NCBI RefSeq assembly: GCF_009914755.1
Contig: NC_060927.1
Length of the DNA: 64,000 nt
Origin: the human T2T-CHM13v2.0 reference genome, Homo sapiens
Reading direction: 5' to 3' (one strand)
Under the pieces are notes generated by a model, which was not told the origin of the DNA, searched no databases, and saw nothing but the letters and a program-made list of their open reading frames with translations. Each line of letters starts with the position of its first letter. Positions within the stretch are counted from its first letter, which is position 1. This document shows positions 26,105 to 39,261 of the stretch, piece after piece. A program made the translations under genes and the position numbers.

Positions 26105-27472
26105 ACAATTTCTTTATCCACTCGTTGATTGATGGGCATTTGGGTTGGTTGCACATTTTTGCAATTGTGAATTGTGCTGCAATAGACATGCATATGCAAT
26201 TATCTTTTTCGTATAATGACTTCTTTTCCTCTGGCTAGATACCCAGTAGTGGGATTGCTGGATCAATAGTAGTTCTACTTTTAGTTCTTTAAGGAATCTC
26301 CATGCTGTTTTCCATAGTAGCTGTACTAGTTTACATTCCCACCAGCAGTGTAGAAGTGTTTTCTGTTCACTGAAGCCACATCAACATCTATTATTTTTTG
26401 ATTTTTTGATTATGGTCATTCTTGCAGGCATAAGGTGGTATCACATTGTGGTTTTGATTTGCATTTCCCTGATTATCAGTGATGTGGAGCATTTTTTCAT
26501 ATGTTTCTTGGCCATTTATGTATCTTCTTTTGAGAATTGTCTATTCATGTCCTTAGCCCACTTTTTGATGGTTTTTTTTTCTTGCTAATTTGTTTGAGTT
26601 TGTTGCAGATTCTGGATATTAGTCCTTTGTCAGATATATAGATTGTGAAGATTTTCTCCCACTCTGTGGATTGTCTGTTTACTCTGCTGACTGATCTTAT
26701 GCCATGCAAAAACTCTTTAGTTTAATTAAGTCCCAGCTATTTATCTTTGTTTTTATTGCACTTGCCTTTGGGTTCTTGGTCATGAAATCCTTGCCTAAGC
26801 CAATGTCTAGAAGGGTTTTTCCAATGTTATCTTGTAGAATTTTTATAGTCTCAGGTCTTATATTTAAGTCTTTGATCCATCTTGAATTGATTTTTGCATA
26901 AGGTGAGAGACAACGATCCAGTTTCATTCTTCTACATGTGGCTTGCCAATTATCCCAAAACCATTTGTTGAATAGGGTGTCCTTGCCCCACTTTATGTTT
27001 TCGTTTGCTTTGTTGAAGATCAGTTGGCTCTAAGTATTTGGGCTTATTTCTGGTTCTATTGGTTTATGTGCCTATTTTTATACCAATACCATGCCATTTT
27101 GGTGACTATGGCTTTATAGTACAGTTTGAAATCAGGTAATGTGATGCCTCCAGATTTGTTCCTTTTGCTTAGTCTTGCTTTGGCTATGCAGGCTCTTTTT
27201 TGGTTGCATATGAATTTTAGGATATTTTTTCTAGTCTGTGAAGAATGATGGTGGTATTTTGATGGGAATTGAGTTGAGTTTGTAGATTGTTTTTGGCAGT
27301 ATGGGTATGCTATTTTCAATATTTCACAATATTGATTCTACCCATTCATGAGCATGGGGTGTGTTTCCGTTTGTTTGTGTTGTCTATGATTTATTTCAGC
27401 AGTGTTTTGTAGTTTTCCTTGTAGAGGTCTTTCACCTCCTGGGTTAAGTAGGTTACGTATATTCCTAAGTAA

Positions 27473-27774
<302 letters not shown>

Positions 27775-28697
27775 AGTATTTTAATTTTTTTGCAGCTATT
27801 GTAATAGGGGTTGAGTTCTCAATTTGATTCTCAACTTGGTCGCTGTTGGTGTATAGAAGAGCTACTGATTTGTGTACACTAATTTTGTATCTGGAAACTT
27901 TGCTGAATTCTTTTATGAGTCTTAGGAGCATTCTGGAGGAGTTTTTAGGGTTTTCTAGGTAAATGATCATATCATCAACAAACAGCAACAGCTTGACTTC
28001 CTCTTTACCAACTTGGATGCCCTTTATTTCTTTCTCTTGTCGATTGCTCTGGCTAGGAGTTCTAATGCTATGTTGAAGAGAAGTGGTAAAAGTGAGCATC
28101 CTTGTCTTGTTCCAGTTCTCAGAGGGAACGCTTTCAACTTTTTCCCATTCAGTATTATGTTGACTGTGGGTTTGTCATAGATGGCTTTTATTACCTTGAG
28201 ATATGTCCCTTGTATGCTGATTTTGCTGGGAGTTTTAATCGTAAAGTGATGCTGGATTTTGTCAAATGTTTTTTCTGCATCTATTGAGATGATCATGTGA
28301 TTTTTGTTTTTAATTCTGTTTATGTGGTGTATCACATTTATTGACTTGCATATGTTAAACCATCCCTGCATCCCTGGTATGAAACCCACTTGATCATGGT
28401 GGATTATATTTTTGATATGTTGTTGGATTCAGTTAGCTAGTATTTTGTTAAGGATTTTTGCATCTATGTTCCTCAGGGATATTGGTCTATAGTTTTCTTT
28501 TTTTGGTTATGTCTTTTCCTGGTTTTGGTATTAGGCTGATACTGGCTTCACAGAATGATTTAGGGAGGATTCCCTCTTTCTCTATCTTGTGGAATACTGT
28601 CAATAGGATTGATACCAATTCTTCTTTGAATATCTGGTAGAATTCAGCTGTGAATCCATCTGGTCCTGGACGTTTATTTGTTGGTAATTTTTTTTTT

Positions 28698-30182
28698 ACA
28701 AGAGCTGCTAAAGGAGCTCTAAATCTTGAAACAAATCCTGGAAACACATCAGAACAGAACCTCTTTAAAGCATACATCTCACAGGACCTATAAAACAAAA
28801 ATGCAACAAAAAAACAAGGTTTACAGGCAACAAATAGGAATGGTACCTCTCACATCTCAATACTAACGTTAAATGTAAATGGCCTAAATGCTCTACTTAA
28901 AAGATACAGAATTGCAGAATGGATAAGAATTCACCAACCATCTGCTGCCTTCAGGAGACTCACCTAACACATAAGAACTCACATAAGTTTAAGGTAAAGG
29001 GGTGGAAAAAGACATTCCATGCAAATGGACACCAAAAGCAAGCAGGGGTATCTATTCGTACATCAGACAAAGCAAACTTTAAAGCAACAGGAGTTTACAA
29101 AGACAAAGAAGGACATGATATAATGACAAAAGGCCTTGTCCAACAGGAAAATATCACAATCCTAAATATATATGCACCTAACACTGAAGCTCCCAAATTT
29201 ATAAAACAATTACTAATAGACTTAAGAAATGAGATAGACAGCAACACAATAATGGTGGGAGACTTCAGTACTCCACTGACGATACTTGACAGGTCATCAA
29301 GACAGAAAGTCAACAAAGAAATAATGGATTTAAACTATGCTCTGGAACAAATGGGCTTAACAGATATTTACAGAACATTCTACCCAACAACTGCAGAATA
29401 TACATTCTATTCATCAGCACATGGAAATTTCTCCAAGATAGACCATATGATAGGCCACAAAACAAGCCTCAATAAATTTAAGAAAATTGAAATTATATCG
29501 AGCACTCTCTCAGACCACAGTGGAATAAAACTGGAAATCAACTCCAAAAGGAAACTTCAAAACCATGAAAATACATGGAAATTGAATAACTTGCTCCTGA
29601 ATGATCATTGGGTCAAAAATGAAATCAAGATGGAAATTTAAAAATTCTTCAAATTGAACAACAATAGTGACACAACCTCTGGGATATGGCAAAGGCAGTG
29701 CTAAGGGGAAAGTTCACAGCCCTAAACACCTACAACAAAAAGTCTGAAAGAACACAAATGGACAATCTAAGATCATATCTCAAGTAACTAGAGCAACAAG
29801 AACAAACCAAACCCAAACCCAGAAGAAGAAAGGAAATAACCAAAATCAGAGCAGAGCTAAATGAAATTGAAACAAAAAAAATACAAAAGATAAATGAAAC
29901 AAAAATCTGGTTCTTTGAAAAGAAAATTAAAATTGATAGACCATTAGTACGATTAACCAAGAAAAGAAGAGAGAAAATTCAAATAACCTCACTAAGAAAC
30001 AAAACAGGACATATTACAACTGACACCACAGAAATACAAAAGATCAGTCACGGCTACTATGAACACCTTTATGTGCATAAACTGGAAAACCTAGAGGAGA
30101 TGGATAAATTCCTGGAAAGATACAACCCTCCTAGCTTAAATCAGGAAGAATTAGATACTCTGAACAGACCAATAACAAGCAG
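28698..30182 (+). mobile_element. Inverted 5' segment of the same L1 (ORF1 end, ORF2 endonuclease)
   Basis: [44 protein letters not shown], to LNRPITSS. Confidence 0.93.
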
Positions 30183-30283
30183 TGGGAGTGACATTTCAAC
30201 ACGAGATTTGGAGGAGACAAATATCCAAACTATATCAGTGTTGTATTACATATCGCAGAACAAAATCTATTAATCTGCCACCA

Positions 30284-31058
30284 TGATATGGTAAAAATAT
30301 ATATTAGGTCTTTGTCCCCAGTTCCTGGAACAGAGTTCCTTAAACGCTTGGGATTTCCTAAGTGATAGGAACATCTTTTGTTATTCATAAGGAGCCCCTT
30401 TGGGACTCACTGGAGTATACCTTAATGAGGTGACTCAGAGTGGTGTCTCTAGACAGCTTCAGGATGGGGGCCGGTCACCAGAAAGACCAAACACATGATT
30501 AGAAGGTAAGAACTTTTATCTTATCCCCTGACTTTTATTCTATTCCAGGGAGGGGATAAAATGGGGCTGGAGATTGAGCTCAATAAAAACTCTTGAACGA
30601 CAAGGTTCAGAGAGTCCCTGAGTTGGTGAACACATCCACATGCCATCCACCCGGACCCGGTAGGGACAGAGGCTCCTGCATTTGGACCCTTCCAGACCTC
30701 AAATTACATACTTCTTCATCTGGCTGTTCAATGGTGTCCTTGATAAGAAACCGTAACAGTGAGTAGAGCACTTTCCTGAGTTTTGTTGGTTGTTCCAGTG
30801 ATTATCAAACCTGAGGGGGGTGGTGGGAATCACTGAACTGGTTGTCAGCCTTGGCACCCCATTTGTGGCCAGCATCTGAAGTGGGGGGCAGTCTTGTGTG
30901 ATTGAGCCCTTAACCTGTGGGGCCTGCACTGACTCCAGGAGTTGGTATCAGAACTGGACTGATCTCTAGGATACCTATCTGATGTCAGAGAATTGGAGAA
31001 CTTGGTGGTATGGGGGAAATGATATGTATTTGGTGTCAGAGATGATATCAGAAAACAC
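30284..31058 (+). mobile_element. MER21-family LTR
   Basis: ggtctttgtccccagttcctgg, ggtcaccagaaagaccaa, gagcccttaacctgtggg, tatttggtgtcaga. Confidence 0.8.
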
Positions 31059-31568
31059 CACTGCCACTTTTAACCAAAACCTCCTTTCCCAGATTTTCTC
31101 TCCCCACACAGTTTCTGTCTCTTCTCCTTCCTTCACTCTAAGCCCCACTCCTCCAATACACTGCTCTTCCTCTACTCACTCCTCACGCACACTTTAGAAA
31201 ATCCATCCAGCTTGCAACCAATTCAACAGAAGCCTCAGTGGCTAGCCTGAACTGTCTCAAGAGGACAAACACCCCCAGATCCAGCTGTTCTTCTTCTTCA
31301 GGTCTGAGGGTGGTGGGAACAAGGGGCTCAAGTCAACCCCATCCTACAGCTGAGGCACCTGAGGTTCAGAAAGGAAAAGAATTGCAGAAAGCCAGGAGAT
31401 GCTCTGCACAACCACTAGGACCTGCTCCTTCAGCCACTCCTCTCCAGTGGCCCTAGGAACCGACCTTCCAGGGAGCTCCTCCTGCCTACACGTGAGCATC
31501 CTCCCTTCCCATCAAGGCTCCATTTCTCACCAGCAGTTTGCAAACTTTAGCCTAGAGGGAGCCATTAT

Positions 31569-32108
31569 TGTTAGGGAAGTAGGAGCCTAGGAGAGCCAGA
31601 GTAATGCCATTTTAAGTTCAGCTCCATCTTGACTAACAAGACACATTCCTTGCCAGTCATGACCCGTGGTCCGAAGATGCTTATGGTTGAGGAAACAGCC
31701 TAAAGATTCCCGTAAGGACACTCCTACAACAATGGAGAGTCTAGTTATCCCCATACCCGTAACCATGTATGCTTTCTAGTTAATAACACCTATGCTTTGA
31801 TGGACGCACACACTGAAATGTCAAGGAGAGTTTTCTTTAAATCAACTTTGTCATGCTGTCTGCTCACCCTCATGTAGTTACAGTTTAGTTTAGTCTTTGT
31901 ATAGACAAGACCCCTATCTAAGAAAAACATAAAACAAGACTGTGCGTTCCTCCGCTTGCTTTCTAAGGATGCCGTGCTCTGTAATGGAGTAGCTTTCAAT
32001 GAACTTGCTTCCTTCACTGAACTTTGAGACTTGCCTTAAATTCCTTCCTGCACGAGATCCAAGAATCCTCTCTTGGGATCTGGATCAAGACCCCTTTTTC
32101 TGGTAACG
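31569..32108 (+). mobile_element. MER41-family (ERV1) solo LTR
   Basis: 3' end gagatccaagaatcctctcttgggatctggatc...tggtaac is MER41-like; 4-bp TSD ttat on both sides. Confidence 0.8.
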
Positions 32109-32479
32109 TTATCGGTGCACAGTGAAATGAAAAATATAAGGAGAAGTGAAGAGCAGCACAAAGAATTTGCCTTCTAAGTTAAATGCATGCCAGCTTCGCT
32201 GAAAGACCTTTAGCACCCAGGAAACACCTCCCTAAGGCAGAAGATGCATGGACTATAGTTATTGTACAGCAAAAGACATGTATATGCCATCATCAAGACA
32301 CAGCTGCTCACGAAATAAACTGTGGTTTAGCTTTTCTGTGCTCTTTCAGTGTGAGGAATGTCTTGGTTATTATCAACATATTTTTCTTACAGGGACCTTC
32401 TCAGAAAACAATAAGATATCAGTGAGTTGTTTTCATCAGTTGTGCGTGATGTTATTAATGCTTACGAGTTGGTTTCCTC

Positions 32480-32780
32480 TTTCTTTCTTCCTTCCTACCG
32501 AGGGAAGACAGCACCTCTCAGCCTTGCAGTTGGGTGGGGCCATGTGGCCAGCACTGGCCAGGGGAATGTAGAGGGAAATGCTGGGTCACCCAGGCTGGGA
32601 AAGCTGGCACTCAAAGCTGTAGTCTGGGAGGCTCACTCTACCCTGCTGAACTGCCCTTGGAAGCCACATGTTCCATGCAGCACAGTTCAAGCACAGCAGA
32701 GCCTCTGTTAGCCAGGATTGCCCAGCCCCCTCCATCCACATTTTGCCTGAGTGAGAAATAAAACATGATGGTGTCAAATC
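32480..32780 (+). mobile_element. Old MLT1 LTR fragment
   Basis: ccttgcagttgggtggggccatgtg...gagtgagaaataaaac. Confidence 0.6.
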
Positions 32781-32827
32781 CCAAAAATATTTTATACCTT
32801 CCCCCCAGCACCCTTAAGAGCTAGGGC

Positions 32828-34355
32828 CATGCTCTGTTGTCCAGGCTGGAGCACAGTGGCGCAATCATAACTACTGAAGCCTTCTTCCACCTCAGCCTCT
32901 CGATAGCTGGGACTACAGGTGTGAAGCCACCATGCCTGGCTAATATTTTAATTTTTTAAATGTTATTTTAGATTCAGGAGGTACACGGGCAGATTTGTTA
33001 AAAGAGTATACTGCATGATGCTGAGGTTTGGGCTTCTCTTGATACCGTCACCCAGATAATGAACATGGTCCCTATAAGGAGTTTTCCAGTCCTTGTCCCT
33101 TTTTGGAGTCCCCAGTGTCTATTGTTCCCATCTTTATGTCCTTGTGTACCTGATGTTTAGCTCCCACTTATAAGTGAGAATATGTAATATTTGGTTTTCT
33201 CTTTCTGCATTAATTTGCTAAGGATAACAGCCTCCAGCTGCATCCATGTTGCTGCAAAGGGCATGATTTCATTCTTTTTTTATGGCTGTGTAGTATTCCA
33301 TGGTGTTTATGTTCCACATTTTCTTTATCTAATCTGCTGTTGATGGGCACCTGGGTTGATTCCATGTATTTGCTACTGTGACTAATGCTGCGATAAACAT
33401 ACACATGCAAGTGTCTTTTTGGTAGAACAATTTATATTCCTTTCGGTATATACCCAATAATGGGAATGCTGGGTCAAATGGTATTTCTATTTTTAGTTCT
33501 TTGAGGAATCTCCAAACTGCTCTCCACAGGGGCTGAACTAATTTACATTTACACTTGCAGAGTGTAAGAATTCCCTTTTCTCCACAACCTCCCCAACATC
33601 TGTTCTTTTCTAAAATAGTAGCCATTTTGACTGGTGTGAGATGGTATCTCACTGTGGCTTTGATTTGCATTTCTCTGATAGTTATGTTGAACGTTTTTTC
33701 ATATACTTGTTGGCTGCATGTGTGTCTTTTGAGAAGTGTCTGTTCATATCCTTTGCCTACTTTTTAATGGGGTTATTTTTTTCTTGTTGATTTGTTTAAG
33801 TTCCTTACAGATTCTGGATATCAGTCCTTTGCTGAATGCATAATTTGCAAACATTTTCTTCCATTCTGTAGGTTGTCTGTTTACTCCGTTGATAGTTTCT
33901 TTTGCTGTGCAGAAGCTCTTTAATTAGGTCCCAATTGTTAATTTGTTTTTGTTGCATTTGCTTTTGAGGATTTAGTCATAAATTCTTTGCCTAGGCTGAT
34001 GTCCAGAAGAGTATTTTCTAGATTTTCTTCTAGGATTTTGATAGTTCGAGGTCTTACATTTAAGTTTTTAATCCATTTTTAGTTAATTTTTGTATGTGGT
34101 TGAGAGGTAGGGGTCCAGTTTCATTCTTCTGCATACAGTTCTCCCAGTTTCACAGCAGTTTCCCCAGCACTATTTATTTACTAGAGAGTCCTTTCCCCAC
34201 TGTTAATTTTTGTTGATTTTGTTGAAGATAAGCTGGTTGTAAGTGTGCAGTTTTATTTCAGAGTTATCTATTCTGTTCTATTTGTCTATGTGTCTTTTTA
34301 ATTTTTAAATTTTCTTTTGTAGAGATGGGGTCTTGCTATGTTGCCCAGGTTGGTA
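32828..34355 (-). mobile_element. AluJ-like remnant (32828-32955, 34300-34355) split by L1
   Basis: Right-arm sequence before the L1, gtagagatggggtcttgctatgttgcccagg after it. Confidence 0.75.
32960..34293 (-). mobile_element. 5'-truncated old L1PA (PA15/16-like)
   Basis: tttagattcaggaggtac 3' end; ORF2 C-terminal peptides YHLTPVKMA, LVQPLWRAVWRFLKEL. Confidence 0.9.
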
Positions 34356-34359
34356 TTGA

Positions 34360-34920
34360 CAAAATGCATAGATACTAAGTATACAGCTTGAAGAGTATTG
34401 ATAAATGTAGACACCATAGCCACTACCCTAATCAGAATAGGGAATATTTTCATCCCTCACAAACATCCCTTAAGTCATTTTCCTATCAATTTCTGTCCCC
34501 CTGCCCAGGCAACAGTGTTTTGCAGTTTTCAGGGAACAAATCTTGTAGTTCTTTGGTTAAATGTTTTTGAAGCTATTGTAAGGGGGGTTTTCCTAATTTC
34601 ATTTTTTAATTGCTCACTGCTAGTGCATAACATAGAACTGATTTTTGTATCTCATACACTCAACCTTGCTCAACTTGCTTATTAGCACTACTAAAATGTG
34701 TGTGTGTGTGTATGTGTGTGTGTGAATCTCTTAAGGATTTTCTACATACAAGATCATATCATCTGCAAATAGAGATAGTTTTACCTCTTCCATTTCAATC
34801 TGGAAGACTTTTATTTCATTTTCTTGTCTAACTGCTCTGGCTAGAACCTCCAGTACAATATTGAATAGAAGTGGAGAAGGCAGACACTCCTGTTTCTGAT
34901 GTTGCGAGGAAAGCTCCTTA
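34360..34920 (-). mobile_element. Old L1M fragments
   Basis: Minus translation [21 protein letters not shown]...LFADDMILY. Confidence 0.75.
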
Positions 34921-34930
34921 TTGGCTTTTT

Positions 34931-35212
34931 CTTTTTTTGAGACAGAGTCTCGCTCTGTCACCCAGGCTGGAGTGCAGTAGTGTGATCTTGGCTCATTGCA
35001 ACCTCTGCCTCCCGGGTTAAAGAAATTCTCCTGTCTCAGCCTCCTGGGACTACAGGCATGCACCGCCATGCCTGGCTAATTTTTGTATTTTTAGTAGAGA
35101 TGGAGTTTTGCCATGTTGGCCAGGCTAGTCTCGAACTCCTGACCTCAAGTGATTCGCCCACCTCGGCCTCCCAAAGTGCTGAGATTTCAGGCATGAGCCA
35201 CCACACCTGGCT
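34931..35212 (-). mobile_element. AluS
   Basis: Antisense Alu, approximate TSD cctt(a/t)ttggctttt. Confidence 0.92.
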
Positions 35213-35995
35213 CCCTTTTGGCTTTTAACATGGACAAAGCAAATTACTTTTCTACTCCACCAGCCCTTCTCTTCTTGTTTGCTTCTGAAGAACCCACTTT
35301 AAGACAAGGCACCTCACAGAACTCCCCGCTCCAGTACACCCTCCGTATTGGTTGCCAAAGTATTTGTTCCAAAAACAAAGTCTTTGAATAACAACAGCTG
35401 TTGCTGAATGAGATCCCTTAGTACCAAGCTCTCTGGACAAATACTCCAGGTAATGTTGGCAGCATTCTCACATCCTTCAGAAAACAGAGGCGCAGAGATA
35501 TTCCACGAATTGCTTGAGGGGCCAGTCTAGAAAAAGGCAGAGCTCAGCCTTGTGCCCCATCCCACATAAGTACTGTGCTGTTCTGCTCAAGAGCTGGGTC
35601 ACATGGTCACTTCCTGCTTTGAGGAAAGCTTTTTTTTCCTCCTCTTTTTTGTTCTGAAAATTTTCAAATGCATAGAAACAGTGAAAGAATAATATAGTGA
35701 ACTCTAAGATATATGTCACCTACAGTCACCTAATGTTAACATTTCTCTTTCACACCATTTGAGTGTAAGTTGTAAACATTATGGTACTCCACTCCTAAAT
35801 ATTTCAACATGCATATCCCAAGAACAAGATGAACATTAATTCCACGGTATCATCTAAGACACTATCCCATGTATAAAGCATTCCCAAAAAGCCTGAGTAT
35901 CTTTTGATAGCTTTGCTGTTGTTGTGTTAGTTCAGGATCCAATTAGGATTCACTGCTGCATTTCAGTGCTATGCTTCCTTCATCTCTTTTTAAAA

Positions 35996-36320
35996 TTTTT
36001 ATTATTTTGTTATTTTATTTTATTTTTTAGAGACAGGGTCTCACTCTGTCACCCAGCCTGGAGTGCAGTGGTCTAATCACGGCTCACTGCAGCCTTGACT
36101 TCCCGGGCTAAAGCACTCCTCCCACCTCAGCCTTCTGAGTAGCTGGGACTACAGGTACACACCACCACACCCGGCTAATTAAAAAAAAAATTTTTTTTTT
36201 TTTAGAGATGAGATCTTGCTATGTTGCCCAGGCTAGTCTCGAACTCCTGGCCTCAAGTGATCCTGCCACCTCGGCCTCCAGAAGTTTTGGGATTACAGGT
36301 GTGAGCCACTTCACCTGGCC
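35996..36320 (-). mobile_element. AluJ
   Basis: Antisense Alu; TSD tccttc(a/g)tct...ttttaa. Confidence 0.92.
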
Positions 36321-36651
36321 TCCTTCGTCTTTTTTAAGCTACCTTTTTTTTTTTGTTTTATTTCCTATGACATTGACCTTTTGGAAGAGTCCAGGCCAGT
36401 TGTTTCCTAGGATGTTCCTGGATTTGTCTGACTGTGTCCTCACCATTAGATTCAGGTTACACTTTTGACAAGAATACTGCACTGGAGATGTTTTGTGTTC
36501 CTCATTGTATCACTTGGGGAGGGACATTGTGCCAGATGGTCCCACTATTTGAGATGCTAAATTTGGTCATTTGGTTAAGGTAGTGACTGCCAGATGTCAT
36601 CATTGTAATATGGTTTTCCCTTTGTAATGAATAAATCTGTCGTTGGGTGGA

Positions 36652-36870
36652 AGGGAAGGTGTTGTGACAGGTCCACTCATGGCTGCCTAGCACCCGGTCC
36701 CCCCTTCCCTGCAACAGAACCCCAATTTCCTTTGGGGCAGAAAAAATTCAGCACAGATGTCTTGGTGGCCCTCTGAATACTCAGTGGCTGTCAGGCCCTG
36801 TGGCCAGGCATGATGGCTCATGCCTGTGATCCCAACACTTTGGGAGGCCAAGGTAGTCCCAGCACATTGG
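36652..36870. repeat. Composite local duplication (inverted copy of 37233-37312 plus direct copy of 37665-37771)
   Basis: Hand alignment: 71/80 identity inverted; 107-nt ungapped direct copy whose first 35 nt are identical. Confidence 0.92.
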
Positions 36871-37718
36871 GTGAATAGCCTGTCCCCCAACAATTTTTCC
36901 ACTCAATGGCTTTAGTATCCTTTGATGATTTTTGCCTCAGTTAATCCTCTGAAGGTGGCAAAGTGGCAATTTAAAAAAATCTCAAATGCCCGCTGTACTG
37001 GTTAGCTGGCATTTTTGTGTAAAGAAGAATTTCCTTACCCTCTTTCCTATTCTCTCTGTTGCTGTCTCCCTCTCTTCCTCCCTCTCACTAGAATAGGCTA
37101 ATGGATTTAAATCAATTAAATGTGCTATAAGCCATTACTCTTTCTATTCTTCTTGATGTTCAAATTGTCCTGCATTTGGCCACTGGGAGCCTAGGAGGCA
37201 ATTTTTTCTAATTGGGCACATGCCTGCACCTCAGGAAATTGGGGTTCTGTTGTAGGGAAGGGGAAACTGGGTGCCAGGTAGCCATGAGCAGACCCGTCAC
37301 AACACCTTCCCTCCCCAGAGCCTCAGTTTTTTGGGCCTTAGAACAGGGTAATAAAACTCCTGGCACAAGGAACTTACTCAAAAAGCTCTGCTTCCCTCCC
37401 CCTCCTTTCCTTCACGTCCCTTGCCACTGCCTTTATCCTCCTCCTACTTTGGATCAATAATGTTGCATTATCTTCACCTGCTTGCTCCTCGGTTTTCTCA
37501 TCTGTGAAGTGGAGATAAAGAATATACTGGGTTGTCATGAGGCTTACCTATGCTGCTGTAAGTCTGTGGAATTTCAAGACTCCCCAAGGATTCTTCACAG
37601 TGGGAGTGAGGCCACACAGAGTCTCATGGTCACCCTTGGCTCTCACTCGTTTTGCTAAATTAGCTCAGCACAGATGTCTTGGTGGCCCTCTGAATACTCG
37701 GTGGCTGTCCGGCCCCAT

Positions 37719-37996
37719 GGCCAGATGCGGTGACTCACCCCTGTAATCCCAGCACTTTGGGACGCCAAGGTGGGAGGGTTGCTTGAGCCCAGGAGTTCAA
37801 CACCAGCCTGGGCTGGGCAACATAGCGAGATCCAGTCTCTATTTTATATATATATATGCCAGGTGTGGTGGCATGCACCTATAGTCTTGAGAGGCAGGAG
37901 GATTCCTTGAACCCAGGAGGTCAAAGCTGCTGTGAGCTCTTTTCATGCCACTGCACTCCAGCCTGGGCAACAGAGTGAGCCCATGTCTCAAAAAAA
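37719..37996 (+). mobile_element. AluJ-like
   Basis: ggccagatgcggtgactc...gcttgagcccaggagttc; short A tail. Confidence 0.9.
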
Positions 37997-38146
37997 TTTT
38001 TTTTAATTGACAAAGATTATATATATTTAAAGTATAAAATGTGATGGTTTGATATACATATACATTGTGTAATGCTTATCACAATGAAATTAACACATCA
38101 TTCACCATCCATGCTGTGCATTCGATCCTCAGAACTTGTTCATCTT

Positions 38147-38447
38147 TTTTTTTTTTTTTTTTTGATTTGGAGTCTCGCTCAGTCACCAGGGCTGGAGTGC
38201 AGTGGTGAGGTCCTGCTCACTGGAACCTCCACCTCCCAAGTTCAAGCGATTCTTCTGCTCAGCCTTCCAAGTAATTGGGATTACAGGCATGTGCCACCAT
38301 GCCCGGCTAATTATTTTTTGTATTTTTAGTAGAGATGGGGTTTCACCATGTTGGTCAGGCTGATCTCAAACCCCTGACCTCAAATGATCTGCCTGCCTCA
38401 GTCTCTCAAAGTGCTGGGATTACAGGCGTGAGCCACTGTGCCTGGCC
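38147..38447 (-). mobile_element. AluS with 16-bp TSD
   Basis: TSD agaacttgttcatctt at 38131-38146 and 38448-38463. Confidence 0.94.
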
Positions 38448-38867
38448 AGAACTTGTTCATCTTATAACTAAAGTTTGTACCCTTTGACCATTTCCCCATG
38501 CCCCCACTTCCTAATCCCTGGTAACCAATGTTCTATTCTGCTTCTATGAGTTCAACTTTTTTAGATTCCACATATAAGTGAGATCATACAGTATTTGTCT
38601 TTCTGTGCCTGGCTTATTTCACTTAGCAAAATGTCCTCCAGGTTCGTCCATGTTGTCACAAATGGCAGGATTTCCTTTTTTATGGCTGGATAAAACACGC
38701 GTGTGTGTGTGTGTGTGTATGTATATATATGTGTGTGTAAAACATTTTATCTGCTCATCTGTTGATGGACACAGGTTGTTTCCATATTTTGGGTATTTTG
38801 AATAATACTACAATGGACATGGGGGAGCAGATATATTTTCAAGATTTCATTTCCTTTAGATATATAC

Positions 38868-39261
38868 TGTTAAAGGAAAAACTTGAGACTGATTAAAGAG
38901 TTTGAGAAAAGGACAAGTTACAAATCAGGGAGCCCCCCAAATCAGAATAGCTTCAAAGAGACTTCAGTGCTGCCAGTGGGGTTGGAGAGGATTTAGGGAC
39001 AGGAAAAGGAAAATGACATAAATAAAATGGAAGTGAAATACAGAAATAGCCAGATTGGTTACAGCTGGGTTACAGACTTATTTGAACACCGAACAGTTGG
39101 CCACCTGTGAGTAGTATGTCTTCTGATTGGCTGAGACTTGGCTACTTGTTATAAGAGTAGGTTACAGTCTGTTTACACATCCAGTTAGATTACAGTTCAC
39201 TATGTATGGATCAACCTTTAGGCTGAACTTACAAGGAAGCAGCTTTAGGCTAAAGTTAACT
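38868..39261 (-). mobile_element. MER57-like ERV1 solo LTR
   Basis: tgttaaagg...gattggttacagc...gcagctttaggctaaagttaac; TSD atac. Confidence 0.75.

Larger units (their letters stand above)
35640..37195 (-). mobile_element. Ancient L1MC/ME 3' region, interrupted by AluJ and a templated insert
   Basis: ccatttgagtgtaagttg, gacattgaccttttggaagagtccaggccagttg, tttgatgttcaaattgtcc motifs. Confidence 0.7.

Noticed and set aside
28919-29641. 240-aa ORF resembling an intact L1 endonuclease
   Set aside because: The N-terminal TLNVNG motif is in another frame, GDFN is changed to GDFS, and a stop follows; it is a decayed L1 piece, not a domesticated gene.
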